Below are positions 12,698-26,520 of a DNA stretch of 64,000 nt, piece after piece (position 1 is the stretch's first letter; each line of letters opens with the position of its first letter). The notes below the pieces were generated by a model, which searched no databases, was not told the origin of the DNA, and saw only the letters and a list, made by a program, of their open reading frames with translations. The translations under genes were made by a program, and so were the position numbers. The stretch spans positions 8,184,001 to 8,248,000 of the forward strand of contig OZ024749.1 in NCBI GenBank assembly GCA_964016885.1, given 5' to 3'. Source of the DNA: Eledone cirrhosa (Eukaryota).

Positions 12698-12698
<1 letters not shown>
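12562..12698 (+). mobile_element. Family C copy (hammerhead with GAAA>GAAT)
   Basis: Homologous to 11840-11953 and ends at the same point before (TA)n. Confidence 0.7.
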
Positions 12699-12776
<78 letters not shown>

Positions 12777-12856
12777 TATATTTACATATAAATATATGTA
12801 CAGATACATTATATATAAATATATATAGAGACACATTTATCTGTACATCTATCTAT

Positions 12857-13095
12857 CTAGGGCGGGTAAAATTCCCGAGATCCATGGATGAGTTCTCCCC
12901 AGCGGTCTCTGTCCCTCATCATCTCTGCAATGTCCTGCGTCTCCAAGAGACCAGTGTCTGTCCTTGGGGCATCAACATACGTTAACCTTGGTCTTCCTCT
13001 TCCAGTGTGTCCATGTAGGGTCTCCCACAGGAGCACTGAGTGCAGTGTCAACTCTGGTTGTCGATGAGCATGTCCAGCTAACCTCAGTCTCCTCT
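12857..13095 (-). pseudogene. 3'-terminal fragment of an RTE-clade LINE ORF
   Basis: [22 protein letters not shown]...MMRDRDRW is a typical RTE C-terminal GRP/W motif, followed by a short (ATAG)n tail. Confidence 0.8.
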
Positions 13096-13635
13096 GTACA
13101 TATATTTATATATAAATATATGTATAGATCTATATACAAACACATTTATCTGTACATCTATCTATATATAAATATATCTACAGATCTATATACAAACACA
13201 TTTATCTGTACATCTATCTATATATAAATATATCTACAGATCCATATAGAAGTAGATACATATATCTGTACATTTATTTATATATAAATATATGTTTATC
13301 TACGTATGTTTATATGTGGGTGTTGGCAACGACTTTACTATCTGGCAATGACATGTTACTCGCCTTCTCTGAATTGTCTATCTAATTGCTGCACCACAAC
13401 ACAGAAATGTTGAAAAATGTTAAGATTTATGTCGGAGTGTAGCAAGATTCTGACATTTCTGATGGAAATGATTCTCTTTAAATTGCCACAGAAAAAGTAA
13501 AATCATGTCAATTCGCTGTATACGAGGTTGCTTTCAGTGTATTCTTATACATATATACAATACTATATATAAATTATATAAATCTATATATATATGTGTG
13601 TGTGCGTGTGTGTCGATATACATGCGTATATATGG

Positions 13636-13702
<67 letters not shown>

Positions 13703-13727
13703 CATATATATATATATGAACATGAAA

Positions 13728-14066
13728 GTGGAGGCACATGGCTTAGTGGTTAGAGCATTGACCTTGCAATCGAAAGGTTGTGAGTTCAATTCTCAGACCG
13801 GGTGATGTGTTGTTTCCTTGAGCAAGACACTTTATTTCACATTGCTCCAGTTTACTCAGCTGTAGAAATGAGATGATAGGGACTGGGTCCATATCATTCC
13901 ACTGCAAAGTGGTCGTGGAGGTGACACGGCAAAAAAGCACCCAGCACTCACTGTAAATGAGGTTGGTGTTAGGAAGGGCATCCAGCTTTAGAAATCAAGC
14001 CAGAATCTGTTCCTGTCCCACCCTTGCAAGCAGGGAAAAGTGGACGTATGATGAAATGATGATGAT
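13728..14066 (+). mobile_element. tRNA-derived SINE with V-like central domain and RTE-derived 3' tail
   Basis: A box TGGCTTAGTGG, B box GAGTTCAATTCTC, central TCCTTGAGCAAGACACTT...CTCAGCTGT, tail GGTTGGTGTTAGGAAGGGCATCCAGC...TGGACGT..(GAT)n. Confidence 0.8.
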
Positions 14067-14202
14067 ATATATGAACATATATATTTATATATACATATAC
14101 ATATATAAACATATGTATATATATATATCAAGTAAGAATATATATTTATATATACATATACATACATAAACATATGTATGTATATATATATATATAAAGT
14201 AA

Positions 14203-14259
<57 letters not shown>

Positions 14260-14291
14260 TATATATATATATATATTCATATATATATATA

Positions 14292-14345
<54 letters not shown>

Positions 14346-14397
14346 TATATATATATATATATTCATATATATATATATTCATATATATATATATATA

Positions 14398-14437
<40 letters not shown>

Positions 14438-14685
14438 TATATATATATATTCATATATATATATATATACATATTCAGTAATTAGGAGTATTCCAAAGCT
14501 TCGTAGAACAAGTTGTGAGGAAAGTTCTCAACATTTATTTTGAAAATTCGGATGTCACAGTATCTTTCTTGATTGCCTATTATTACATAGTGTAGCAATA
14601 ATGGACTGAAATTCTGATGAAACAATTGTTAATACGTGGATTAAATTATTTTGTAACTGTTTACCTTCGTCCTATTTCTCTCTTT

Positions 14686-14753
<68 letters not shown>

Positions 14754-14851
14754 TGTGCTTGTTTGTATGTGCATTACAGTATTTCTATGTCAATTAAATT
14801 CATCTGAAAACCTTGAAATATACGTGTTTCGCCCTATATAGTTATTATATA

Positions 14852-15042
14852 ATAATTGTGTCTACACTTGGCACAAGGCCAGCAATTACCAGTGTATTAC
14901 TGGTACTTTATTTTATCGACCCGGTAATGATGAAAGGCAAAGTTAACCTCGGCTGGATTTGAACTCAGATCATAAAGGGCCGTAACTCTATGCTGCAAAG
15001 CATGGAGTCCGACCCTCTACCGATACTGCCAATCCTCCGCCT
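14852..15042 (-). mobile_element. Meta-like SINE
   Basis: Reverse-complement homolog of 9303-9497. Confidence 0.85.
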
Positions 15043-15139
15043 TGCTAAATGTGTGCACAACATGCAGTAGGCGGAAACTGGCGACAAGGTGGGCTGACAG
15101 CAGGAAGATCGTCAGAGGAAGAAATATAATAAGTGTCTC

Positions 15140-15612
15140 GGTCGTTTATTCCTCCTGAGACTCTAAGGGAGCCGAACCCAGCTTTGTCATGAGTCCTTCA
15201 TGAGTCCTTCTGCTGTTCTCCTTTCACTCCTCCAGTGGGGGATCTTCTTCCCCTTTCCTGTGGTTTGCACCACTCCGCCACAAAGACCTTCGATAAACTA
15301 ACTTTTAATCAGAGAAAGGACCCCCATCAGGCAAGTATTTCGGCAGTTTGTTCCTCCTAAGACCCCCAAGGGGGCCGAGTCCACTTAGGTCATGAGACCC
15401 AGGTGTCCTTCTGCTATCTATTTTAACAGCAATGTTAATAAGAGAAAGGACCCCATCAGGCAAGTATTTCGGCAATTTGTTCCTCCTAAGACCCTAAGAG
15501 AACCGGTCCAGTTTGGTCATGAGACCCTAGTGTTCTTCTGCTATTTGTTTCTCCTCAAGTGGGTTATCTTCGTTCCGATTCCGCTGGTTTACACCCCACA
15601 ACCACAAAGACC
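15140..15612. repeat. Diverged local direct repeats (~105-150 bp modules)
   Basis: 15311-15417 matches 15441-15545; 15140-15290 resembles 15470-15612 (TTCCTCCT.AGAC...GTCATGAG...CCACAAAGACC). Confidence 0.7.
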
Positions 15613-16275
15613 ATCTGTACAGGTAAAACTTCACATCTATTTAAATAACAATCCATGTCAAAAACTTGATATTTTCTAACCTCATTCTTGTTCTTCTTTA
15701 AACATAGCAACACTGAACTATTCTCAACTATCTCTGAACATGTCCACTGATTTCTATATACTGTATGTATATAGGATATATATAGTAAATAGTATAATAT
15801 ATAGTATATATAAAATATAGATTATAGTATTTAATATATAGTATAATATATAGAATATAGTATATAATATTATAGTATAATAATAGTATATAATATATAG
15901 TATATGATATGTAATATATAGTGTAATATATAGTATATATCGAATAATATATAATATATAGTATAATATATAGTATATAGCATATCTATAATGATATACA
16001 GAACTGTAGAAGTAACCATCTGATGAGAAGACAAAAATCTCTGAAATGTAGCGAATATGAAATTGTTTAGATTTAAAATTGTATATCTACAATAAAATGA
16101 TCAGACATATATTCATATATGTACATATATATATATATATACATATATGTGTGTGTGTGTGTGTGTGTGTGATCAAAATAGGGAGCCCACAGGACAAACA
16201 CAATGCAAAGAAAGAACAACTGAAAGACGGACAGTCAGATCTCAGGCGTCCTCATTTAATAATAATAATAATAAT

Positions 16276-16676
16276 AATTGTTGCTACAATGGGTACAAGG
16301 CCAGCAATTTTGGGGGAGGGGAAAGTCGACTAAATCGACCCCAGTGCGTGACTGGTACTTTATTTTATCGACCCCGAAAGGATGAAAGGCAAAGTTGACC
16401 TCAGATCATAAAGGGCCGTAATTCTATGCTGCAAAGCATGGCGTCCGGCCCTCTACCGATACTGCCAATCCACTGCCCTTAAATAATAATAATAATTGAT
16501 TCTACTTTTGGCACAAGGCCAGCAATTGCCCAGTGCATTACTGGTACTTTATTTTATCGACCCCGTAAGGATGAAAGGCAAAGTTAACCTCGGCGGGATT
16601 TGAACTCAGAATGGCAAGGGCCGTAACTCTATGCGTCAAAGCATGGCGTCCCACCCTCTACCGATACTGCCAATTC
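16276..16676 (-). mobile_element. Two tandem Meta-like SINEs (16276-16480, 16493-16676)
   Basis: Both are reverse-complement homologs of 9303-9497. The first has a longer 3' part and lacks the B-box segment; the second is 5'-truncated. Confidence 0.85.
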
Positions 16677-16703
16677 AATAATAATAATAATATATATGTA
16701 TAT

Positions 16704-17088
16704 AAGCAAAGAGATATTTAATTTGTTGGTTATTCAACAAATTTATTTATAAAAGATTCCAAGCACTCTACAAGATTCTTCTGGAGTATAATATCAATAA
16801 TATTAATAAATTGAAACTATCTTTATAAAACCATATTTATTTTATTATATATATTTGAAGAGTACCAACATTTTTCGTACGCGCTCATCAGATAAAATAC
16901 AAAAGTTGTTTTATAGATAGTGACATATCCAAAAAACAAGAACTTATCCATATAACTTATCGTTCTATAAAACAACTTTTGTATTTTATCTGATGAGTCG
17001 TACCAAAAATGTTGGTACCCTTGAAATATATAATAAAATAAATATGGTTTTATATTTTATAAAGTTAGTTTCTATTTATTAATATTAT

Positions 17089-17092
<4 letters not shown>
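16704..17092 (-). mobile_element. Family C foldback element, hammerhead motif in both arms
   Basis: Arms ~16789-16916 / 16965-17092. Plus-strand motif 16982-17040: TATTTTAT-CTGATGA-..GTACCAA/TTGGTAC..-GAAA-TATA-TA-ATAAAATA. Confidence 0.8.
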
Positions 17093-17128
<36 letters not shown>

Positions 17129-17530
17129 CAACAACACAGTTATCTCAGTCTTCCTAAGTATTTTGAAGTGAAACTTACCAATTTCTGGATACCTGCAGAG
17201 GAGCACAGGAATAGGAAATTTCACTTAATTGTTGCGAAACAAATTTAAAATTTGAAATTTAAATTTGTCCAGGTATCACGGCTATTGCCAATATAGGTTT
17301 GTTTTTATTGATTTGTTATTTTTAATCGAGACAGGCAAACCGTATTATTTTAATTAGTATTTTTCAATCTAGCTAACTTGGTCATTTACAATGCAAACAC
17401 TTGTATACCTGTATCAGTGTTTATCCCTATCATATATTCATTTGTATATAAAAAATATATATACACACAAACAGACAATTCACAAGTATATAAAGATATA
17501 TATGTTTGTGTGTCTGTGCCTGTGTGTGAG

Positions 17531-17577
<47 letters not shown>

Positions 17578-17581
<4 letters not shown>

Positions 17582-17668
17582 CGAAGGAAATGTGGTCCAG
17601 AATTGTCCAAAATGTCCAGAATTAGCCGTCGAAACGGCTTGAGCTCAGCCGTCGGGGTCTTACTTGTT

Positions 17669-17672
<4 letters not shown>
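17578..17672. mobile_element. Family A minimal head-to-head copy
   Basis: Tip of the long arm (ATAACGAAGGAAATGTGG) joined through three GTCCA..AT stutters to the short arm ending TTCC(TA)n. Confidence 0.75.
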
Positions 17673-17702
<30 letters not shown>

Positions 17703-18418
17703 TTTTCGAAGAGAGTCAGTACAACTTGGTCTCATTACTCAGTCTGGGAGGACATTAGCCTCATTTCAATACGAACTTGGTGTGTAAAAACACGGACAAC
17801 CGTTGTTTACAGGGAAAGCGGACATTAAGTGGCGATGGTGATGATGATAATGACTCATTGCTGGATATCCCTGAGAACTACGTTAATGGTGCTTCAGGTT
17901 TTGGATTACTCAGGCACTTAGAAGTTAATTTCTTGAGCAGACAGTTTCAAAAATTGAATAAACTAAAACACTCATCTTCGTAAACGACAGAGATCCATCA
18001 GCAATAAATATATATATATATCATCATCATCATCATCATCATCATCGTTTAACGTCCATATTCCACGCTAGCATGGGTTTGGACGGGAGTTTTCCCACTT
18101 GAGGCAAGAGTGGTTGTCTTGCTCGCATAGGACTGTCTGGCGGGTTTTCTACGGCTGGATGCCCTTCCTAACACCAACCACATTTACAGTGTGGGACTGG
18201 GAGGTTTTTACCGTGTTACCAACACGGCCACATTACAGCATGGACTGTGTGTTTTGTTTTCGTGACACCTACACGATCTCATTTGTTTCGGCCTGGATGG
18301 TGTGGCACCAACATGACTTTACATCGAAAGGGGGAGGTGTGGATGGGGTGGGGTTAGTGGGACAGGGGGTGTATTTTGTTAGAGGTGCCTAGTGACTGTA
18401 GTAGGTTTCTCTTTGTAC

Positions 18419-20058
18419 TTAGGTAAGGCGGGTCTTCTCTATTACTGTGTAGCGCCAAAGATCTCGGTCCAGTGACATTGTCTTGGAGAGGTGTAAGTGT
18501 GTTAGGTCGGAATTTATCAAGTCGTCCCAGGTTTTTCTGGGTCTGCCTACTCCGTGGCTACCGTCTATTTTTATTGCCCTGCACTTTTTTATACAGCTGT
18601 CGTCTTTCATGCGCATCACGTGACCATACCAACGTAGCCTTCTCTCGAGTAAACAACATCTGATCCCTCTTATTTCTAATTTTTCCCTTAGTTCGTTTAT
18701 GCTTTGCCGTTCACGTATATTACTATTACACATCCAACGGAGCATGCAAGCTTCGTTCCTCTCTAGTCTGCGTATATCCTCTGCACACAATGCCCAGGTC
18801 TCACTGCCATGCAACATTGCTGTTCGTATGCAGGCATCATACAGCCTGCCTTTCATTTTTAGGGAGAACCCTTTAGCGGCTAATAGTGGTATAAGCTCTC
18901 TGAACTGTTTCCATCCAGTTCTGACTCTAGCTGCTGTACTTTCAGAGCACCCTCCCCCACTGCTGATTTTGTAACCGAGGTAACGGAAGCTGTCCACTAT
19001 TTCTATAGAACCATCTGTGCAATGGAATGAGCTAGTATTCTGTGGGCACTTGCTGCTACTTATTGCACCAGAGCACCGGCCACATATAAAATCTATGTTC
19101 TTAGTTAGCTTACCTGTGATCCCATTACATCTTTTATGCACCCATACTTTGCATTTGGGACATAAAATGGAGTTTCTACCTACTCCTTTCCTATACACTG
19201 AGCATGACCATTTCCTGGATGGGACCGGCGCCCTATTTTCATTCCTACAAACTAGAACTTTAGTCTTAGACAGGTTAATTTTAAGGCCTATTGATTCTAG
19301 GCCATGCTTCCATGTTTGGAATTTCTTCTCTAGTTCGGCCATTGATTCAGCTATGAGCGTTAGGTCATCTGCGTATAGGAGTCCCCATGGGCAGCCGGTC
19401 TTGAACTCCACTGTTATAGCCTGAAGGGCAATAATAAATAGTAGGGTTTTAAGAACGGAGCCCTGATGAACACCAAATGTTACGCTAAACTCTTCACTAT
19501 ATTCGTTGTTAACTGTTGCTGACTGTTTCTTTATACATGGCTTGTATAGCTCTCACAAGCCATTCATCAACACCTAGTTTTCTAAGAGCCCACCAGATAA
19601 TGGAACGGGGGACTCTGTCGAAGGTTTTCTCCAAGTCGACAAAAGCTAAGTATAGGGGTCTACTTTTAGTTAGGTATTTCTCCTGTCGTTGTCGTACAAT
19701 GAAAAGAGCGTCTGTGGTACTTTTGCCTGACACAAACCCGAACTGCATTTCATCTAGATCAATTCTCTCTATGATTAGTTGCGCTATTACTTTTTCTGTG
19801 ACCTTCATGACCTGGTCGATTAATTTAATGCCTCTATAGTTTCTCCTATCTAGGGCATCTCCTTTAACCTTGTAACAGTTAATGATGATGCTGCTACGCC
19901 AGTCCTTCGGAACAACCCCATTCTGTACGACTTTGTTTACTATCCGGGTGACCATGGTGTGTCCCATCGTTCCAGAAGCTTTCAGCATTTAAGCAACTAT
20001 TTCCGAAGGCCCAGCCGCCTTACCCGTCTTCATATCTTTGATTGCCTTACTTATTATA
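18419..20058 (-). pseudogene. Reverse transcriptase (disrupted) with Cys/His-rich finger and RTE C-terminus
   Basis: NYRGIKL, QFGF, AFVDLEKTFDRV, GVHQGSVL, LLYADD, FRYLG, RLRWYGHV, GRPRKTW; broken by a stop at ~19990 and frameshift(s) at ~19420-19510. Confidence 0.93.
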
Positions 20059-21066
20059 CTACCTTCGACTAACACTGCTAGTCCCTCTATTGGGTTGATG
20101 TGGGGGAGACTGTCTTTCCTTTAGATTCCATATTTTTCTCCTGAGGATAATCCTCTTCTGCTGTCGAGTACGTCTCGTCCTGACTATGAGGTCGCTAATT
20201 ATCAGTCTATGTTGGGAGGTGCATTCTTCATGGGGGAGGGATTTAGTGTTTACAACAGACACTCTGTCACGTCTTCTGGTAAGGATATAATCTACCTGGC
20301 TGGTATGTTCCCCTGATCTGTAGGTGATCAAGTGATTGTCTCGTTTTTTGAAGTTAGTGTTACAGATAGTTAGGTTATTTGTGTCACAGAATTCCAGGAT
20401 TCTGAAGCCTTCCTCATTTCTAGTACCAAACCCATAGCCTCCGTGGATTCCGTCATAGACGTCACAATGTTGTCCAACGTGACCATTTAGGTCGCCAGCA
20501 ATAATTATATAGTCACTGTCGGTTATTTGGGAGGTAGTGAGCATCAGTGTCTCATAGAATCTGTCTTTTATAGCGCCAGGCAGTCCGGATTGGGGCGCGT
20601 ACGCAGATATTACTGTCACAGTAGTTCTATTTAGAACAAGTCTTATTTTAATTATTCTGTCATTTACTCTATTTACGTCTATTATTTTATTCACCCATTT
20701 TTCAGCTAACATGATTCCTACCTCACCCAGCCCATTGTCATTTCCCACCCAGAAAAGCTTATAGCATCGTTTTTTACCCACAATGAATCTAGCAGACCCG
20801 CCCCTCCACCTGGTCTCTTGGATACAGCAAACATCAACCTCCTTAGGTTCAAGCATTTCTACAACCTCGTTAGAGCGGCCTTTTAAGGTGCCTACATTCA
20901 TGGTACCAACTCTGAAGTTTTGGATTGCGTTTGGTGGGTGGGGCGCAGGAAGGGGTGAGGGGGATGGGGTTGGGGTTATGTTGGCCATCCGCGGCTGCAA
21001 CAAAGAGGAGGGGGCCTTGCCCTTTTGTCCGGCAGCATGAGGTGAATTTGTCGTTATCTTTGGCAT
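20059..21066 (-). pseudogene. AP-endonuclease domain of RTE LINE
   Basis: GTMNVGTL, CCIQETRW, ISAYAPQ, IAGDLNGHVG, TSQVDYIL, SQHRLI motifs. Confidence 0.93.
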
Positions 21067-21445
21067 TGTCTTCGAGTGTCCAGATTCTTCAGACTCTCCA
21101 GAAATTCCTTAGTCCATCCATCATATCGAAAAGCAGAAGTGATAGCATAGGCCGTTGACTTGTGATTGGTCCAAATAATAAAGGTGGCGAGTGGGGGAGA
21201 AAAGGGGTATGGGGTAGTTAGCAAGGGGGTAGTTAGCAAGGAAGAAGATTATTTAGAACAGTGAGACAGAATTATAGAATAGCAATTATGAAGTAGGATT
21301 TGGATTCTGGGCGATTATAGATATATGGATGAATGAACCGAAGGGTGGGGAGACAAGAAGAAAATGTTATTTATACATTACATTGCGTAGAAGTGGACTG
21401 ACCATTAATAAGAGTTGACAAATTCTATATATATATATATATATA

Positions 21446-21594
21446 TTTCGTTTCTGAATTTGTTTAGTAAGATTCTTTATCTGAAAACGTGTGTTGAAAC
21501 CGATATTGTTATACTTTGGGAGGGACATGTTGCCAATAAGAACTGGTGCGTGTGTTTCTTATTGGCAACATGACCCTCCCAAAGTATAACAATA
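21446..21594 (-). mobile_element. Family E foldback element in (TA)n
   Basis: ~37-bp arms 21506-21542 / 21557-21594; long arm runs to (TA)n at 21446; related ends at ~6430-6472 and ~30405-30472. Confidence 0.7.
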
Positions 21595-21964
21595 TATATA
21601 TATATAAATGAAAAGTATAGAAATTATTGTAGCAAGAAGCCAACAGTATTCCATAATATATAAGTGACTATAACGTCAAAATGGGAAAATAGTTAACGTA
21701 AGATTTGGGAAAAATAATTCAAACTCAATTCAAAAAGAATCAGGATATAGATTTATCCAACAGAATTTAGTGAAATCCAGGGATAAAATCAATAGATCCT
21801 TAACTCATGATAAAATACTCATCCTTCAATTTGGAACAACTACAAATGCTCTGTATAGTCTGAAAAGACTATTTCACTGAAAAGACTATTTCATGGAAAA
21901 GACTATTTCACGAAAACTTTCAGTTGGGATGGTCACGGTTGGAGTTCGATCGTCACACACACAC

Positions 21965-21995
<31 letters not shown>

Positions 21996-22149
21996 GAGAG
22001 AGAGAGTATGTGTGGGTTGGTGTCTGTGTGAGTGTTTGACTGTCTTTGTGTGTATGTTTGTGTGTTTGTATTGGTATGTTTGTGTCTATCAGGGTGTGGG
22101 TATGTGTGCCCGTGTGTGTCTATATGTGTGTGTCTATGAATATGTTTAA

Positions 22150-22383
22150 GTGGCTGTCTGTGTTTGTGTGTGTGTGTATGTGCGTGTATCTGTGAGTATG
22201 TTATATATATATATATGTGTGTGCCTGTGTGTGTCTACGTGTGTGTATCTACGAACAAGTTTATGTGTACCTATGTGTGTGTGTGTTTCTGTGAGTATGT
22301 CTATGTGTCCACATGTGTATGTGTCTATATATATATATGTGTGTGGGTGGGTGTGTGTCTATATGTCCATGTGTGTATGTGTC

Positions 22384-22414
<31 letters not shown>

Positions 22415-22461
22415 CTGTGTGTGTTTCTGTGAGTATGTCTATGTGTCCATGTGTGTATGTG

Positions 22462-22493
<32 letters not shown>

Positions 22494-22573
22494 AGTATGT
22501 CTAAATGCCCATGTGTGTGTGTCTATATATATGTGTGTGTGTGTTTCTGTGAGTCCATGTGTGTATGTGTCTA

Positions 22574-22619
<46 letters not shown>

Positions 22620-22687
22620 CGCGCACGTATGTGTGTGTGTATGTGTGTGTTTCTGTGAGTATGTCTATATGTCCATGTGTGTATGTG

Positions 22688-22723
<36 letters not shown>

Positions 22724-22809
22724 AGTATGTCTATATGCCCATGTGTGTGTGTCTATATATATGTGTGTGTGTGTTTCTGTGAGTCCATGTGTGTATGTGT
22801 CTATATATG

Positions 22810-22841
<32 letters not shown>

Positions 22842-22965
22842 CGCGCACGTATGTGTGTGTGTATGTGTGTGTTTCTGTGAGTATGTCTATATGTCCATGT
22901 GTGTATGTGTCTATATATATATATGTGTGTTTCTGTGAGTCCATGTGTGTATGTGTCTATATATG

Positions 22966-22996
<31 letters not shown>

Positions 22997-23043
22997 ATGT
23001 GTGTGTGTTTCTGTATGTCTATGTGTCCACGTGTGTATGTGTC

Positions 23044-23082
<39 letters not shown>

Positions 23083-23285
23083 TTCTTTGAGTATGTCTAT
23101 GTGTCCATGTGTGTATGTGTCTATATATATATATATATATATGTGTGTGTATGTGTGTGTGTGTGTGTGTTTGTGTGAGTATGTCTATATGCCCATGTGT
23201 GTATGTGTCTATATATATGTGTGTGTGTGTGTTTCTGTGAGTCCATGTGTGTATCTGTCTATATATATATGTATATATATATATA
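22150..23285. repeat. Compound (GT)/(AT) minisatellite
   Basis: Recurring TTTCTGTGAGTATGTCTAT(A/G)TGTCCATGTGTGTATGTGTCTATA units with variable dinucleotide runs. Confidence 0.85.
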
Positions 23286-23326
23286 TATAGTCGTTATTCC
23301 GGGTTGAATCTCATCTATATTAAAAC

Positions 23327-23381
<55 letters not shown>

Positions 23382-23649
23382 ACGTATGTGTGTGCACGTA
23401 TGTGTGTGTGTCCACTGATAATTTGCTGTAGAAGTCTCCCCATTAGTCTTCATTTGTTGGTCCTACGACAATCTACCATTCACAATGAAGTGTTTAAAGT
23501 TTATATTTCATTTTCTCGTCGGATCCTTCCTTAAAGTTACTCTTGTCATCACCATTGCTGTTACACTTGCTACTGATACACGTGTTAGTGCTGTTGACGT
23601 TGCTGTTGTAGTTGATGGAACAGTTATAAATATAACCACTGTATACAAA

Positions 23650-23656
23650 TATATGC

Positions 23657-23738
<82 letters not shown>

Positions 23739-23816
23739 CTATGCATCAATATATATATATATATATAACATATACACATATATATACATATATATATATA
23801 TACATAACATATACAC

Positions 23817-23852
<36 letters not shown>

Positions 23853-24078
23853 ATAACATATACACACATATATATATATACATAACATATACACATATAT
23901 ATACATATACACACATATATATATACATATACACATATATATATACATATACACACATATATATACATATACACACATATATATACATATATACATATAC
24001 ACACATATATATACATATACACACATATATATACATATATATATATATATATAAATATATATATATATGTACATACAT

Positions 24079-24119
<41 letters not shown>

Positions 24120-24178
24120 ATATATATATACATATATATACATATATATACATACATATATATATATATATACATATG

Positions 24179-24235
<57 letters not shown>

Positions 24236-24260
24236 CATATACGCACCTATATATATATAC

Positions 24261-24307
<47 letters not shown>

Positions 24308-24372
24308 CATACATATATATACATATACATATATATATATATATATATACATATACACATATATATATACAT
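23650..24372. repeat. (TA)n/(TACA)n low-complexity tract
   Basis: Direct reading. Confidence 0.9.
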
Positions 24373-24596
24373 GAACTTCTAGTGAAACAATTCGGTAGAT
24401 TTGCAATTTGTCAAATCCCGTTTCTATATTTGTCGGGCTTTTTCATCGGGGAAATTAAATTAAACGTTTTCAGCAATTTACCGCTCAGTCCACCATATAT
24501 CACAGATGACTTGGACAGCACGACAATCACTCATAGAAGATGTGATTTATTACACAAGCTGGGGACAGGCGCCCACATCATACCTTTGCTCCTAGG

Positions 24597-24630
<34 letters not shown>

Positions 24631-24779
24631 TGTGTGTGTGTGTGTGTGGGTTTGTTTCTCTGTATATGTTTCACTCTCTCTGTGTATATATATAGATAGA
24701 TAGATAGATAGATAGATAGACATACGTATGCATACACACAAGAACACACACATATATCAATATACATTTATATACATAC

Positions 24780-24812
<33 letters not shown>

Positions 24813-25170
24813 CGACAGTCTGTTTATCTCTTTCTATGCAAATCTAGCAATCAAAATGGTTGCTTCATGAGGTGTCACACGTAGAGCAAACGACAAACGT
24901 ACAAAACGAAACGAAGAAATTGTTCTTCTTTCTCCTGTTAAAATAATGAATCTATTTACGACTGGTCAAAGTCGGAATACCAATTTCATAGGATGGCTGA
25001 CACAACATAACCCAATGTTTTCACTTTTCTATTGTTCACTCAATTTAATCGCATCCACACACATCCCTCTTCACGTACTTGCCAGCAACATTATTCTATA
25101 GACACCGTAAAAAAATATAGGATATGTGTATAGGTGAGTGGAGCTCGGAGAGAACTCAATTCAGAACGTA

Positions 25171-25227
<57 letters not shown>

Positions 25228-25260
25228 TATGTGTATGTGTATGTACGCAGCGCCCTTATT

Positions 25261-25295
<35 letters not shown>

Positions 25296-25296
25296 A

Positions 25297-25481
25297 TAAT
25301 AATTGTTTCTACTTTTTGCACAAGGCCAGCAATTAACCAGTGCATTACTGGTACTTTATTTTATCGACCCCCTTAAGGATGAAAGGATAAGTTAACCTCG
25401 GCGGGATTTGAACTTAGATAATATAGGGCCGTAACTCTTAGCTTGAAAGCATGGCGTCCGACTCTCTACCGATACTGCCAA
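25297..25481 (-). mobile_element. Meta-like SINE
   Basis: Reverse-complement homolog of 9303-9497. Confidence 0.85.
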
Positions 25482-25487
25482 ACCATG

Positions 25488-25734
25488 TGAAGACTAAAAT
25501 ACAAAGAGGGCTCGATAAGGATAAATATATATCAAATATATAATAATCCTAGAACAAATATTTATTTATTATAATAACAGATTAAAGTTTAAGCAAAGAA
25601 TCGCTGCTTTCACCCTTAACGGGATCTTCTGAAACTTTATTTGCTCTAGGGTTCTTATATATTTGATATATATATATATATTTATACTTATCGAGCCCTC
25701 TTTGGATTTTAGTCTTCAAATTTATTATTATTAC

Positions 25735-25737
<3 letters not shown>
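25488..25737. mobile_element. Family D foldback element
   Basis: Arms ~25488-25556 / 25638-25718; shares sequence with 26237-26399. Confidence 0.75.
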
Positions 25738-25765
<28 letters not shown>

Positions 25766-25836
25766 GTGCTTGTACATTCACATCCGGGAGGGATGACCCC
25801 TTAGCCTTTGTCAAGGCAGAATTCTAGGAGAAGGAA

Positions 25837-25876
<40 letters not shown>

Positions 25877-25909
25877 CATATATATATATTTATATATATA
25901 CATGCATAC

Positions 25910-26520
<611 letters not shown>

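Larger units (their letters stand above)
18020..21426 (-). mobile_element. RTE-clade LINE, decayed, bounded by (TA)n runs
   Basis: APE and RT ORF pieces, ~370-bp 3' UTR, (GAT)n tail at 18020-18046; the 5' boundary is approximate. Confidence 0.92.

Noticed and set aside
13728-13800. tRNA gene candidates here and at 9303-9395
   Set aside because: A/B boxes are present but there is no proper cloverleaf, and they continue into SINE bodies.
18472-21158. Plus-strand ORFs overlapping the RTE LINE
   Set aside because: Antisense shadows of the LINE ORF with no independent motifs.
24385-24600. Possible host exon after TTTTCAG
   Set aside because: One plus frame is open but has no recognisable similarity or strong donor; all minus frames have stops.
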